A stretch of DNA of 64,000 bases from assembly GCF_020745735.1 (NCBI RefSeq), contig NC_083408.1, forward strand, positions 44,608,484 to 44,672,483, written 5' to 3'. The position numbers and the translations under genes were made by a program. How positions within the stretch are numbered: the stretch's first letter is position 1; every line of letters begins with the position of its first letter. The notes below the pieces were generated by a model. The model was not told the origin of the DNA, ran no database searches, and was given only the letters and a program-made list of their open reading frames with translations. The DNA is from Hemiscyllium ocellatum. Its lineage: Eukaryota. Shown here in pieces: positions 39,096 through 50,973 of the stretch.

Positions 39096-41011
39096 TCGAG
39101 TAAAAAGTGAGGTCTGCAGATGCTGGAGATCAGAGCTGAAAATGTGTTGCTGGTTAAAGCACAGCTGGTTAGGCAGCATCCAAGGAACAGGAAATCCGAC
39201 GTTTCGGGCATAAGCCCTTCATCAGGACAGAGGAGAGGGTGCCAGGCAGGCTAAGATAAAAGGTAGGGAGGAGGGACTTGGGGGAGGGGCGATGGAGCTG
39301 TGATAGGTGGAAGGAGGTCAAGGTGAGGGTGATAGGCCGGGAGTGGGGTGGGGGCGGAGAGGTCAGGAAGAAGATTACAGGTTAGGAGGGCGGTGCTGAG
39401 TTCGAGACATTAGACTGAGACAAGGTGGGGGGAGGGGAAATGAGGAAATTGGAGAAATCTGAGTTCATCCCTTGTGGTTGGAGGATTCCCAGGCGGAAGA
39501 TGAGGCGCTCTTCCTCCAACCGTCGTGTTGTTATGTTCTGCCGATGGAGGAGTCCAAGGACCTGCATGTCCTCGTTGGAGTGGGAGGGAGAGTTAAAGTG
39601 TTGAGCCACGGGATGGTTGGGTTGGTTGGTCCGGGCGTCCCAGAGGTGTTCCCTGAAGCGTTCCGCAAGTAGGCGGCCCGTCTCCCCAATATGGAGGAGG
39701 CCACATCGGGTGCAGCGGATGAAATAGATGATGTGTGTGGAGGTGCAGGTGAATTTGTGGCGGATATGGAAGGATCCCTTGGGGCCTTGAGAGAAGTAAG
39801 GGAGGAGGTTTGGGTGCAAGTTTTGCATTTCCTGCGGTTGCAGGGGAAGGTGCCGGGAGTGGAGGTTGGGTTGGTGGGGGGTGTGGACCTGACGAGGGAG
39901 TCGCGAAGGGAATGGTCTTTGTGGAACGCTGATAGGGGAGGGGAGGGAAATATATCCCTGGTGGTGGGGTCCGTTTGGAGGTGGCGGAAATGACGGTGGA
40001 TGATACGCTGTATACGGAGGTTGGTGGGGTGGTAGGTGAGAACCAGTGGGGTTCTGTCTTGGTGGCGGTTGGAGGGGCGGGGCTCAAGGGCAGAGGAGCG
40101 GGAAGTGGAGGAGATGCGGTGGAGGGCATCGTCGATCACGTCTGGGGGGAATCTGCGGTTGTTGAAGAAGGAGGCCATCTCGGCTGTACGGTATTGGAAC
40201 TGGTCCTCCTGGGAGCAGATGCGGCGGAGACCAAGGAATTGGGAATATGGGATGGCGTTTTTACAGGGGGCAGGGTGGGAGGAGGTGTAGTCCAGGTAGC
40301 TGTGGGAATCAGTCGGTTTATAGTAGATGTCTGTGTTGAGTCGGTCGCCCAAGATAGAAATGGAAAGGTCTAGGAAGGGGAGGGAGGAGTCTGAGACAGT
40401 CCAAGTGAATTTGAGGTCGGGATGGAAGGTGTTGGTAAAGTTGATGAACTGTTCAACCTCCTCGTGGGAGCACGAGGCAGCGCCGAAACAGTTATCGATG
40501 TAGTGGAGGAAAAGGTGGGGGGTGGTGCCAGTGTAGTTGCGGAAGATGGACTGTTCCACATATCCTACGAAGAAACAGGCATAGCTGGGGCCCATGGCAA
40601 CTCCTTTAGTTTGGAGGAAGTGGGAGGATTGGAAAGAGAAGTTATTCAGGGTGAGGACCAGTTCAGTCAGTCGAAGGAGGGTGTCAGTGGAAGGGTACTG
40701 GTTGGTGCGGCGGGAAAGGAAGAAGCGGAGGGCTTTGAGTCCTTCGTGATGGGGGATGGAGGCATTGGGGAGACGGGCCGCCTACTTGCAGAACGCTTCA
40801 GGGAACACCTCTGGGACACCCGGACCAACCAGCCCAACCACCCCGTGGCTCAACACTTTAACTCTCCCTCCCACTCCACCGAGGACATGCAGGTCCTTGG
40901 ACTCCTCCATCGCCAGAACATAACAACACGACGGTTGGAGGAAGAGCGCCTCATCTTCCGCCTGGGAAGCACAGCCTAACCTGCTGTGCTTTAACCAGTA
41001 ACACATTTTTA
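39096..41011 (-). mobile_element. Neptune-like Penelope-like element (partial RT, Cys linker, GIY-YIG), disabled, with inverted segments
   Basis: GVAMG/GPSYACFFVGY, LHYIDN (decayed YIDD), PFLDL, IYYKPTDSHSYL, linker CNRRKCKTC, IYFIRCTRCGLLHIGETGR; frameshifted; 40762-41011 inverted; degenerate TSD gctgcc(t/a)ctc(c/g)ttatcc 39079-39095 and 41012-41028. Confidence 0.9.
39195..39228 (-). ncRNA. Minimal hammerhead motif with intact core
   Basis: Minus strand gtc-CTGATGA-a-GGGC-ttat-GCCC-GAAA-C-GTC-gga; GUC triplet; stem I weak. Confidence 0.7.
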
Positions 41012-41699
41012 GCTGCCACTCGTTATCCGCAGCATGACATATCACCATTGGCAAAAGGCAAAATTCAGGAAAACAGATTTGTCTCATTTGCAATTCTCTA
41101 GTCCAAGAAAGAAAAAATTGAGAAAACTCAGAGGGAGACAGAGTAACAGGGAAAAATGTGCTGCTACTGAAAAGTAAAGCTAGAAATCATGGTTCTGTGG
41201 GAGCTTGATCCCACCCAGTCAGCCTGCTTCCATTGTTGCAACTTTAAAAAAAAATCAAACAAACCCAACACTTCTCAAGTTGTTTATGGGCTTTGAAGCA
41301 GATTTATCAGTGCCTCTGAGCAATCCTTTTTCCATAAAAAGGACAAATTACCCCTCTTAAAGCCATAGTATTGCGACACGTGGAGTGAATCAAATTGGCT
41401 TAGTATTGGTATATTATGGGATGTTACTATATGGAACAGTTTAATTAGTAGTAGTTAATAGCTTTTTTTTTGATAGAAACAAAAGTTCTGACTTAACTGC
41501 AAGTCTATCTATTTTGTCTGTATTTTTAACTAGTGTAAAAATAGTGTGTTTTGCTTACCATTGAATAATTTGACAAATTGAATTGTCTCTGGAACACAGA
41601 ACCTTTACACTTACTTTCAAAATAAGGAAAGGTTGGTGTCTAGACTATCATCTGAATATATTTTGAGGGGGTTTGGTCTGATCCATATCCTGGAACTGT

Positions 41700-43198
41700 T
41701 GGAGGCACTATTACTGCAAAAGCTATGGACCCTGACAATATTCTGGTGATAGTACTGAAGACTTGTGCTCCAGAACTTGCCGCTCCCCTAGCTAAGATCT
41801 CCCTGTACAGTCACAATTCTGGCACTTACCCAACAATGTGGATAATTGCCCAGGTATGTCCTATACGCAAAAGCAGGATAAATCCAACCTGTCCAATTAC
41901 TTCTCCATCAGCCTATCACAATCATTGGTCCAATGATGGAAGGTGTTCTTCACAGTGCTCTACTCAACAATAACCTGCTCAAATGGCACCCAGTTTGGGC
42001 TCTGCCAAGGCGACCCATCTTCTGACCTCCCTACAGCCTTGGGTAAAACATGGACAAAAGAGCTGAATTCTAGAGGTTTGATGATAGTGACAGCCCTTGA
42101 CATCAAGGCCCTATTCAAACAAGTGATGCATCAAAGAGCCTGAGCAAAGCTGAAATCAATGGGTATTAGGGGTTAAACTGCTGGTTGAAGTCATACCTGT
42201 CACATGGGAAGATGATCACGTTTGGCAGGTAGTCATCTCAGCTCCAGAATATCTCAGCAGGAGTTCCTCAGGCTAGTGTCCAGGCCTAATTCTCTTCAGT
42301 TACTTCATCAATGACCATCCCTCCAACAAAAGATCAGATGAGGGAATGTTTGCTGATGATTGCTCAATATTCAGCACCATTTGTGACTCCTCAGCTACTG
42401 AAGCATGCAATATTCAAATGCAAATGATATGGAAAATATTCAAGCTTGGGCTGACAAATAGCAAGCCACATTTGCACCACACAAATGCCACCCATTTACC
42501 TTTCTAATAGGAGACAATCTAACCATGGTCTCTTGATATTCAATAATGTTACCTTCACTCAATCAACTATCCCCATTATCAACAAGCTAGGGTTACCATT
42601 GATCAGAAACTCAACTGGACTCATCACAAAGTGGGTACAAAGCAGATCAGAGATTAGAAGCACTGCAGTGACTAACTCACCTTCTGACTCTCCAGAGCCT
42701 GTCCATCTACAAAGTACAAATGAGAAATGTGATGAAATACTCCTCACCTGCTTGGATTAGTGCAACTCCAAGAACACTCAAGCTGGACAACATTCAGGAA
42801 AAAGCAGCTTCCTTGATTGGCACCCCGTCAACAAGCATCCACTCCTTCCACCACCAATGCTCAGTAGCATTAGTGTGTACTCTCTACAAGATCCACTGAA
42901 GAAGTTCACAGAAAATCCTGAGCACCTTCCACCTAGAAGGACAAGGGTAGTAGATCAAAGGGAGCGCCATCATTTGCAAGTTTACCTCCAATCCACTCAG
43001 CATCCTGACTTGGAATCTACCACTGTTCCTTCACTGTCGCTGGGTCAAAGTCCTGGAACTCCTGCCCTGAGGGCACCGTGAGTCACGGAGTGCAACGGTG
43101 AAAGAAGGAAGCTGATCACATCTTCTCAAAGGGAGCTAGTGCTGAGCAATAAATGCTGGCCACTCAGCAATGTCCATGTCCCATGAAGGAAGAAAAAG
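41700..43198 (+). mobile_element. Second LINE family (CR1/L2 group) RT and 3' end; continues 38640-39095 across nested insertions
   Basis: PDNI..IVLKTCAPELAAPLAK, ALDIK, ggagttcctcagg (GVPQ), tttgctgatgat (FADD); A-rich end. Confidence 0.8.
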
Positions 43199-44494
43199 AA
43201 ATAGCCATCTGCTTCAATCATCCTTTGGGGCAAAGAAAATCTCCTTCACCTGGTCTGATTACGTCTGACACTCCGCCTGCAGGAACGTGATTCATTAGCC
43301 AATTAGTTCAAAGGGTATTAGAGATTGACACAAATGCCAGCCTTGCCATGATACTCCACTGTACATGGAAAAAAAAGTCTACAGTTTGTGTGATCTATTA
43401 ATCTCTTAACTCTGCAGCTCTTTTGTCATTGTGTCCCCTGGTTACCAATCCATCTGCCACCAAAAACAATTTCCCCTCGTTTACCTAATCATTACCCTTC
43501 ATGATTCTGATTACCTCTATTAAATCTACCTTTAACCATCGCCGCTGCAAGGGCAGATCATCTCCCAGCCTGTTTGCTCCACAAGCAGAGATTGAGGAGG
43601 CTGTGTCTATACTCTCCAGCGTTCAAAGATAAGTGCAGATTATCTTATCAAAACATGCCGAATTCTTAGAGGTGTCAGCAAATGCTGAAAACATATTACC
43701 TGGGCTGGGATGGGGAGTGTCTAGTGGAATCTGGCTTGATTATGTTTGAGAATGAGAATCATTATATGAAATCCTACATTCCTGCAATCTCATGATGAAA
43801 GAGCCACATGCCTCTGCCCTTTCTGTACCATTTTTTAAAAAATTGCTCCATTACTTACTTTGTGAATTCTCCTTCCTTCATTTTCTTTTTGAGCAGTTCA
43901 TTATATAGTAACTCACAATGTTGCTCGTGATCAATTTTATTCCTTTTCACTGCTGTCTCATTGACCAATGGAAAAATAATTTTGTCTCTTAACTTGTCAA
44001 AACCCTTCAATTTTAACACGTTCATTAGATCTTCAGAATTACGAGAAGATTAATTGTTCTAAACAAGGAAAAAAATTGCTTCTGCTCCTCCTTTTGGCAA
44101 ATAGAGAGCAACTCCCACTTCTCTATTGTTTAAGCCCTTTAATTTTCATATCTTTGCCTCCCTTTTTACAATTATATTTAGTAATGTCCACCGGACTGGT
44201 GCTCCAAAACCTCCAGTTAATGTTCTGGGGACATGGGTTTGAATCCCATCGTGGCAAATATCAAAATTTGAATTCAATAAGTTTCTGGATGTAAAAGCTT
44301 GCCTACCGGTGACCAGTTAAGCCCTGTCGCTTGTTGTAAAAACCTATCTGGTTCACTAATGTCCTAAGGAAATCTGCTCCTTCCACATGACTCCAGACCC
44401 CCAGCAATTTGGTTGATTCTTAACACCCCATGAAGATTTAGGGATGGACAATAAATGCTGACCGAGACAGTGATTATCTCCAAAGTATTTCCTA

Positions 44495-44740
44495 AGTAGA
44501 CAAGTAGGAGGCTGGAAGAACAGAGCAAGACAAACTCATCAGGAAGTGGAAAAGTCGATGTTTCAGGTGCGACCTTGCTTCAGGACTGGGGGTGGGTGTA
44601 AGGGGAGCGTCATGTGGCTGTACTCCTGAGTTTGTTTCATCATATGGACAAAGGGCTGGGGAGGTCACAGCACTGTGGCAGTGAGAAAGGGACTCAGTGA
44701 TGCACATCTGAGGGAAGTTGAGAACTTCTTCAAAATGGGA
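44495..44740 (-). mobile_element. Old PLE-like terminus
   Basis: gctggaagaacagagcaag...gtcgatgtttcaggtgcgacctt resembles the other PLE ends, with a decayed hammerhead-like hairpin. Confidence 0.4.
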
Positions 44741-44877
44741 ATTCTGAGGAAATTAATATTTCCTGAAGCAAACTATCTAAAACTGAATGTGATCTTCCAA
44801 ACATTCTCTTCTGTAATTTTAACATTTACTCCTTAGCCTTTAAAATCAGTTTTATAAATTCCCTTCTTTATTTGACA

Positions 44878-45020
44878 ACCTGGTTAGCTCAGTTGCTGGA
44901 AGGGTGGTTTGTGATTCAGAGTGATACTAACAGCATGGGTTCAATTCCCACGTCAGCTGAACTTACAATGAAGGACTCTCCTTCTTAACCTCTTTCCTAT
45001 CAGATGACCCTCAGGTTAAT
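44878..45020 (+). mobile_element. tRNA-derived SINE, fourth family (minus copy at about 18120-18295)
   Basis: ttagctcagttg A box, gggttcaattccc B box; shared tgaagg..ctccttct.aacct. Confidence 0.55.
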
Positions 45021-46669
45021 TCAGCATGGCCAATCTACCTGACCTGTACATCTTTGGACTGTGGGAGGAAACTGGAGCACCCGGAGGAAGCCCACACAGA
45101 CACGGGGAGAATGTACAAACTCCACACAGCCAGTCGCCAGGGTCCCTGCCGCTATGAGGCAGCAGAGCTAACCACTGTGCCATCCCTCATGCCATATACA
45201 TTTTTCTGTCCTCTGAATCGATGTTTAATCATTCTGCCATAATTGTTTTTTAATTGTGTGACTTAATTGTCAAGCCATTTTCAAATGCCTTTTGAACACA
45301 TCAACAGCATTCCCTTTAGCAATACATTCCACTGTGTCCTCAAATGATTTGTAAATTTGTCACCACTGCCTTTTACAAATCTATTCTGTCATTTGTGACC
45401 TTTTAAAGTGAGTATTGATTTTATCTTGAATTATGAATTCAAGAATCCTATCTGCCACTGACAAAAATGCTGACTGGCCTGTGGTTATCCGATTTAGCCC
45501 TTTTGTTTCCAGAGCAGAGGTCCTTTATTCAGAGCTCTCTTGTGGCATACCTTCCACATTCAAGCATGTTTGAAATATTGTGGACAGAACTCTGCTATTT
45601 CCTTTCTGAGCAATGCCAGGCCGAAATGGTCCATTACAGTTTTTGGTTTGAGTTCCACCCATTTTGTTGTAGTGTTCATTTTTGATCTGTGTTTGTTAAA
45701 ATTGCCCTAACTTCTTTCATTCATTTGGTTTCAACTCTTCTGTGAAGACAAGGCAAAACACTCAACGATATCTCTTCCACTCCGTTGTCTCCATAACATT
45801 TCCTCAAACAATTTGCTGACTCCTTTTCTAACAAATTAATTTACTTCTTAATTGATCAATCATTTATTATCTGTCTGTATGTCTTCATATCTCCCTTCTA
45901 GTTATTCTAATCTTGCTTCCCTTATAAACTTAGTTTTCTTTTATATATTAAGCTCTGAATTGTTTATTTAAGTCATTTTAATTTTTCTAATTATTCAAGG
46001 GCCTCTGGAGCTCAATGGTATAAGTATCGTGGGGAGAGTTTTCACCTGTGCAGTATCTTAATGTCCAGTCTAATGTTTGCAAATGCCTAGAAGCTGATCA
46101 CTATGTTCAGGTAATGTACAGCATGAAGAATCCCAAGAAGGGGACACAGAGGGAGTCTTGATCTTAATGTAAACTTTCAATATTTTTGTAAGTTAACCTT
46201 TAAACCACACACAACTACTAATAAACACTAGAATCAATATGACAGTAAGCGCAGCACATTTTTTTTCATTCTTGATGCAAGGTATTGTGCAAGGCATTTT
46301 TTTCTACTAAATAACTTCAATCAATGTCATGGTATTTCAGGCATATAATTATAAACCATAATTAGTGAGTGCTGTTTTAATGATTGGATTCAGTATACTT
46401 TTCTCCTGATGGAAATCTGATTTTTATCTGTCAGAAAATTCAAGTGCAATTTATTAATTAAAAATCTATGGAATTGCTTTTTTTAAATTTCTGCAATAAT
46501 TCTGTAAATGGGCACTCTGAGCTTATTAGATGATATTAGATTTTAATATTGAGGAATTTTACTATGCAGTCAACTTGTTCTTGTTAAAAGGAGTTGAACA
46601 TCAGTTGCAGCCTGAAGCAGTTCAGTCAGAAGTTGGTGAGCTCAATTTCTGTCTCAAGACCTGAGCACA

Positions 46670-47457
46670 AGTGGTAGGTAAATTGTTGGTGGGGATTCTG
46701 AAAGATAGGATTAATATGCATTTGGAGAGGCAAGGACTGATTAGGAATAGCCAGCATGGCTTTTTGCATGGGAAATCATGTCTCACAAACTTGATTGATT
46801 TTCTTTTTGAAGACATGACCAAAAATATCAACATAGACTTTAGTAAAGCCTTCTTTGACAAGGTCTACATGGTAGACTGATTAGTAAAGTTAGATTACAT
46901 GGGATTCAGGGAGAACTTGCCAATTAGATACAAAATTGACTTGATAGTGAGAGATAGTAAGCTGTTGACAGATGGTTTTTTTCTTGCTGAAGGCCTGTGA
47001 TTAATATTGTGCTGCAGGGATTGATGTTGGGTCCTCTGCTGTTTGTCATTTAAATAAATGATGTGGATGAGAATTAAGAAGGTATGATTAGTACGTTTGC
47101 AGATGACACCAAAATTGGTGGTTTAGTGGACAGTGAAGGAGGTTATCCAAGGTTACAATGGAATCTTGATCGATTAGGCCAATGGACTGACGAGTGGCAG
47201 ATGGAATTTAGTTTGGATAAAGGTGAGGTGTTACATTTTGGTAAGATGAACAATTGCAGGATTGTTATGGTTAATAATAGGGTCCTGGGCAGTGTTGTAG
47301 AACAGAGAGAGACATAGGGGTTCAGGTACATACGTCTTTGAAAGTTACTTCACAGGTAGACAGGATGGTTAAGAAGGCATTGAGCATGTTTACCTTCATT
47401 GTTCAGACCTTTGGGTTGGGACATCATGTTGTGGTTATACAGATTGTTGATGAGACC
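46670..47457 (+). mobile_element. Older CR1 RT fragment
   Basis: QHGFLHGKSCLTNL, DFSKAF and FADDTK in broken ORFs. Confidence 0.85.
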
Positions 47458-48559
47458 TTGGTTTCTTTCCAAAAATAAGAAAAGTTTAGAGTGTAGCTTC
47501 TTTTACATGGTTATCTCCATATCTATAGATTCAAACATCCTGTGTTAATTTGTAATATGAATTCCGTACAGTTATATAATGTTATGCATGGTTTATATGC
47601 TCAGGTTACAGCTTATAGGAATGGACAGAGGCAATTCTGTAGAAGTTTCAATTAAGAACAAAAGGCATCATTCTGTAAATGCATGCTGATGTTTAATCTC
47701 TACAGAGGCAATTATCCTAATCCTCTTGCCTGCTTTTAATCTGCTTTTTCTTCAACTGTCTATCCAGCATGTTCTTAAAAATATTGATGTAGCCTCTGCT
47801 TAATTCACTGACTATAGTCTTTCAATTTTTTGTGAAACCAAATTGCCCTAAATATTATCTATTAATTACTGAAGTACACTTTTCATCAATTTAAGCTCTT
47901 TCATGAAATGATTGCTCCATTCTTAATGAACACTGCCCCAATTCTTCATATCTTCACAGTAATATTCATATGAGACAGCTTCCTATTGAATCCATCTTAT
48001 TACCTTTCCTGTTTTCTCAGCATTCTTCCAATATTCTGGACCACAAAACTGCATACAGCCCTCTAATTGTGCTCCTATTAAATTCATCATTGCACATTGA
48101 CTTTTACATCTCTTGTTGTACAATGCAATATTCCATAAAATAGAAAGAGAAAATGCTGGAAATTAGATCTCACCCTTAACTTGCTCAGGTTTAAGGGAAA
48201 ACCCTAGTTACTTTAATCTGCCCACATAACTAAAGTCAATCACTATAGGTATAATTGCAGTAAACATCCTCCATACCCTCAGCAAAGTTTTGTGTCTTTT
48301 CTGAATAAAATGTGATGCCCAAAATTGTTCAAGTGGGAATTCAGTGCACAGGAGAAAAAAGGTGCATCCAGTAAGGTTTATTGTGAGGAGTTATGTATAG
48401 TCATAGTTATCAGTAGTTGTAGGTTTACTAAGTTGAGTCAAAGTAAAATAACATTAATATAAGAAAAGCAAGTGAAACAAAAGTTAACACCAGTGAAGTA
48501 GAGTTAAGGCACCACCCAGAAATTGGTCACATAGAATGCATGTCATGTATTATGTGGGA

Positions 48560-49698
48560 AGTCATAGAGATGTACAGCATGGAAACAGACCCTTCGGTCC
48601 AACCCGTCCATGCCAACCAGATATCCCAACCAATCTAGTCCCACCTGCCAGCACCCGGCCCATATCCCTCCAAACCCTTTCTATTCATATACTCACCTAA
48701 ATGCCTCTTAAATGTTGCAATTGTACCAGCCTCCACCACTTCCTCTGGCAACTCATTCCATACACGTACCACCCTCTGTGTGAAAACGTTGCCCCGTAGG
48801 TTTCTTTCATGTCTTTCCCCTCTCACCCTAAACCTATGCCCTCTAGTTCTGGACTCCCCCACCCAGGGAAAAGACTTTGCCTATTTACCCTATCCATGTC
48901 CCTCATAATTTTGTAAACCTCTATAAGGTCACCCCTCAGCCTCCGACGCTCCAGGGAAAACAGCCCCAGCCTGTTCAGCCTCTCCCTGTAGTTCAAATCC
49001 TCCAACTTGGCAACATCCTTGTAAATCTTTTCTGAACCTTTCAAGTTTCACAACATCTTTCCGATAGGCAGGAGACCAGAATTGCCTGCAATATTCCAAC
49101 AGTGGCCGAACTAATGTCCTGTACAGCCGCAACATGACCTCCTAACTCCTGTACTTCATACTCTGAACAATAAAGGAAAGCATACCAAACGCCTTCTTCA
49201 CAATCCTATCTACCTGCGACTCCATTTTCAAGGAGCTATGAACCCGCATTCCAAGATCTCTTTGTTCAGCAACACTCCCTAGGACCTTACCATTAAGTGT
49301 ATAAGTCCTGCTAAGATTTACTTTCCCAAAATGCAGCACCTCACATTTATCTGAATTAAACTCCATCTGCCACTTCTTAGCCCATTGGCCCATCTGGTCC
49401 AGATCCTGTTGTAATCTGAGGTAACCCTCTTCGCCGTCCACTACACCTTCAATTTTGGTGTCATCTGCAAACTTACTAACTGTGCCTCTTATGCTCACAT
49501 CCAAATCATTTATGTAAATGACAAAAAAAATAGAGAACCCAGCACCGATCTTTGTGGCACTCCACTGGTCACAGGCCTCCAGTCTGAAAAACAAACCTCC
49601 GCCACCACCCTCTGTCTTCTACCTTGGAGCCAGTTCTGTATTCAAATGGCTACTTCTCCCTGTATTCCGTGAGATCTAACCTTGCTAATCAGTCTCCC
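48560..49698 (-). mobile_element. CR1-clade LINE 3' fragment
   Basis: YINDLD..SKFADDTK RT motif, ORF2 C-terminus and tail; frameshifted. Confidence 0.92.
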
Positions 49699-49699
49699 G

Positions 49700-50500
49700 T
49701 ATCATGGTGACCTACATGATCACATGTGCAGGAGTCCTCGCCAGACACAGAATTGTGAGCTCTGAGTTTGAGTTTGAGGAGCCACTGTAATGACCATAGT
49801 GCATCTGTGGGGATGAGAGCTATGTGAATAGTATATTCAGTGAAGTAGGAGCATTGGGTCAGAATGAAAATGGGTAAGCACCAGGCAGTCCAAGAGAAGC
49901 AAGCAGGACGAGAAGCCATAATCCATGTTGGTACAAATGACAGATATGAAGGGGGATGAGGTGCTGAAAGTAGATTTCAGAGAGCTAAGAAGGAGATTAA
50001 AAAACAGGACAACTTAAAGCAATAATTCAGGATTCCTTCCAGTTCCACATAGTAGTGAGCATGGAAATAGAAGAATTGAGAAATTGAATACATGGCTGGA
50101 GAGCTGGTGTTGGAAGGAGAGAATCTCATTTCTAAGGTATTGAGAATTCTCCCAGGACAGGTGGAAGCAGTACACAATGAGCTGGCTGCATCTTATCTGG
50201 ACTGGAATGAACATCCTCGCATGACGATTCATTCATGCTGTTGGGGAGGCTTCGAACTAGATTGCCATGGGGATGGGAACCTGGGAGGGAGCTCAGATTC
50301 AAGGAAACAAAACAGGTTTCAAAAAGTTGAGAAGTAGAGAGCCAAAGCAGAAAACAGAAGAAGCATCAGACAGAATTAGAATAGAGATTAATGTTTTTTT
50401 TTTATGAATGTGCATAGCATTCACAAAATAATAGATTATTTGAGTTAAGATAAATGAGTATTTTTAATTGGCATTATGGACACATGCCTCCCGAACAGTA
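49700..50500 (+). mobile_element. Decayed 5' region of a CR1-type LINE (ORF1 with esterase-like motif)
   Basis: catgttggtacaaatgac = HVGTND; gctgcatcttatctggactgga resembles the DGLHLN block; start of an endonuclease-like region at about 50400. Confidence 0.5.
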
Positions 50501-50814
50501 CTGTGGGTGTACCTACACCTCAAGGTTTGCTTAGGGGCAGTTAGGCATAAGCAAATTGTCCTGCATTTTGTGGACAGGTCATACATAAGAACATCAGAGT
50601 AGCAGAAGGAAATTCAGCCTGCTCCATCATTTGACATGATCATGGCTGATCTCATTGCAGTCTCTACTCTACCTTCCGGCCTGCTGTTCATAACCCTTCA
50701 ACCTGTTACAAGTTTAAAACAAATCTATCTCCTCCTTAAATTTACGCAATGTCCCCACATCCACCGTACTCTGGGGTAGTGAACTCCACAGAGTTTTGAC
50801 CTTTGAGAGAAATA

Positions 50815-50973
50815 CAGACGAACATCGATTATCCGGCATTCGATTAACTGACTTTCAGATTATCCAAACAAGATTGCAAAGTCCCGACGCATGGCTAACT
50901 ATGTTATCCGGCATTCGATTAACCGAATGAAATACTCCCTGCCCACGTCCTTCGGATAAGCAAGGTTCATCTG
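50815..50973. mobile_element. MITE, Tc1/mariner-pogo (Tigger)-type
   Basis: TA flanks 50813-50814 and 50974-50975; imperfect TIRs CAGACGAACATCGATTATCCG / CGGATAAGCAAGGTTCATCTG; internal direct repeat ttatccggcattcgattaac. Confidence 0.8.

Noticed and set aside
39531-40595. 354-aa RT ORF as an active or domesticated gene
   Set aside because: 5'-truncated, catalytic motif decayed to YIDN, short deletion near GVAMG, frameshift before the GIY-YIG domain
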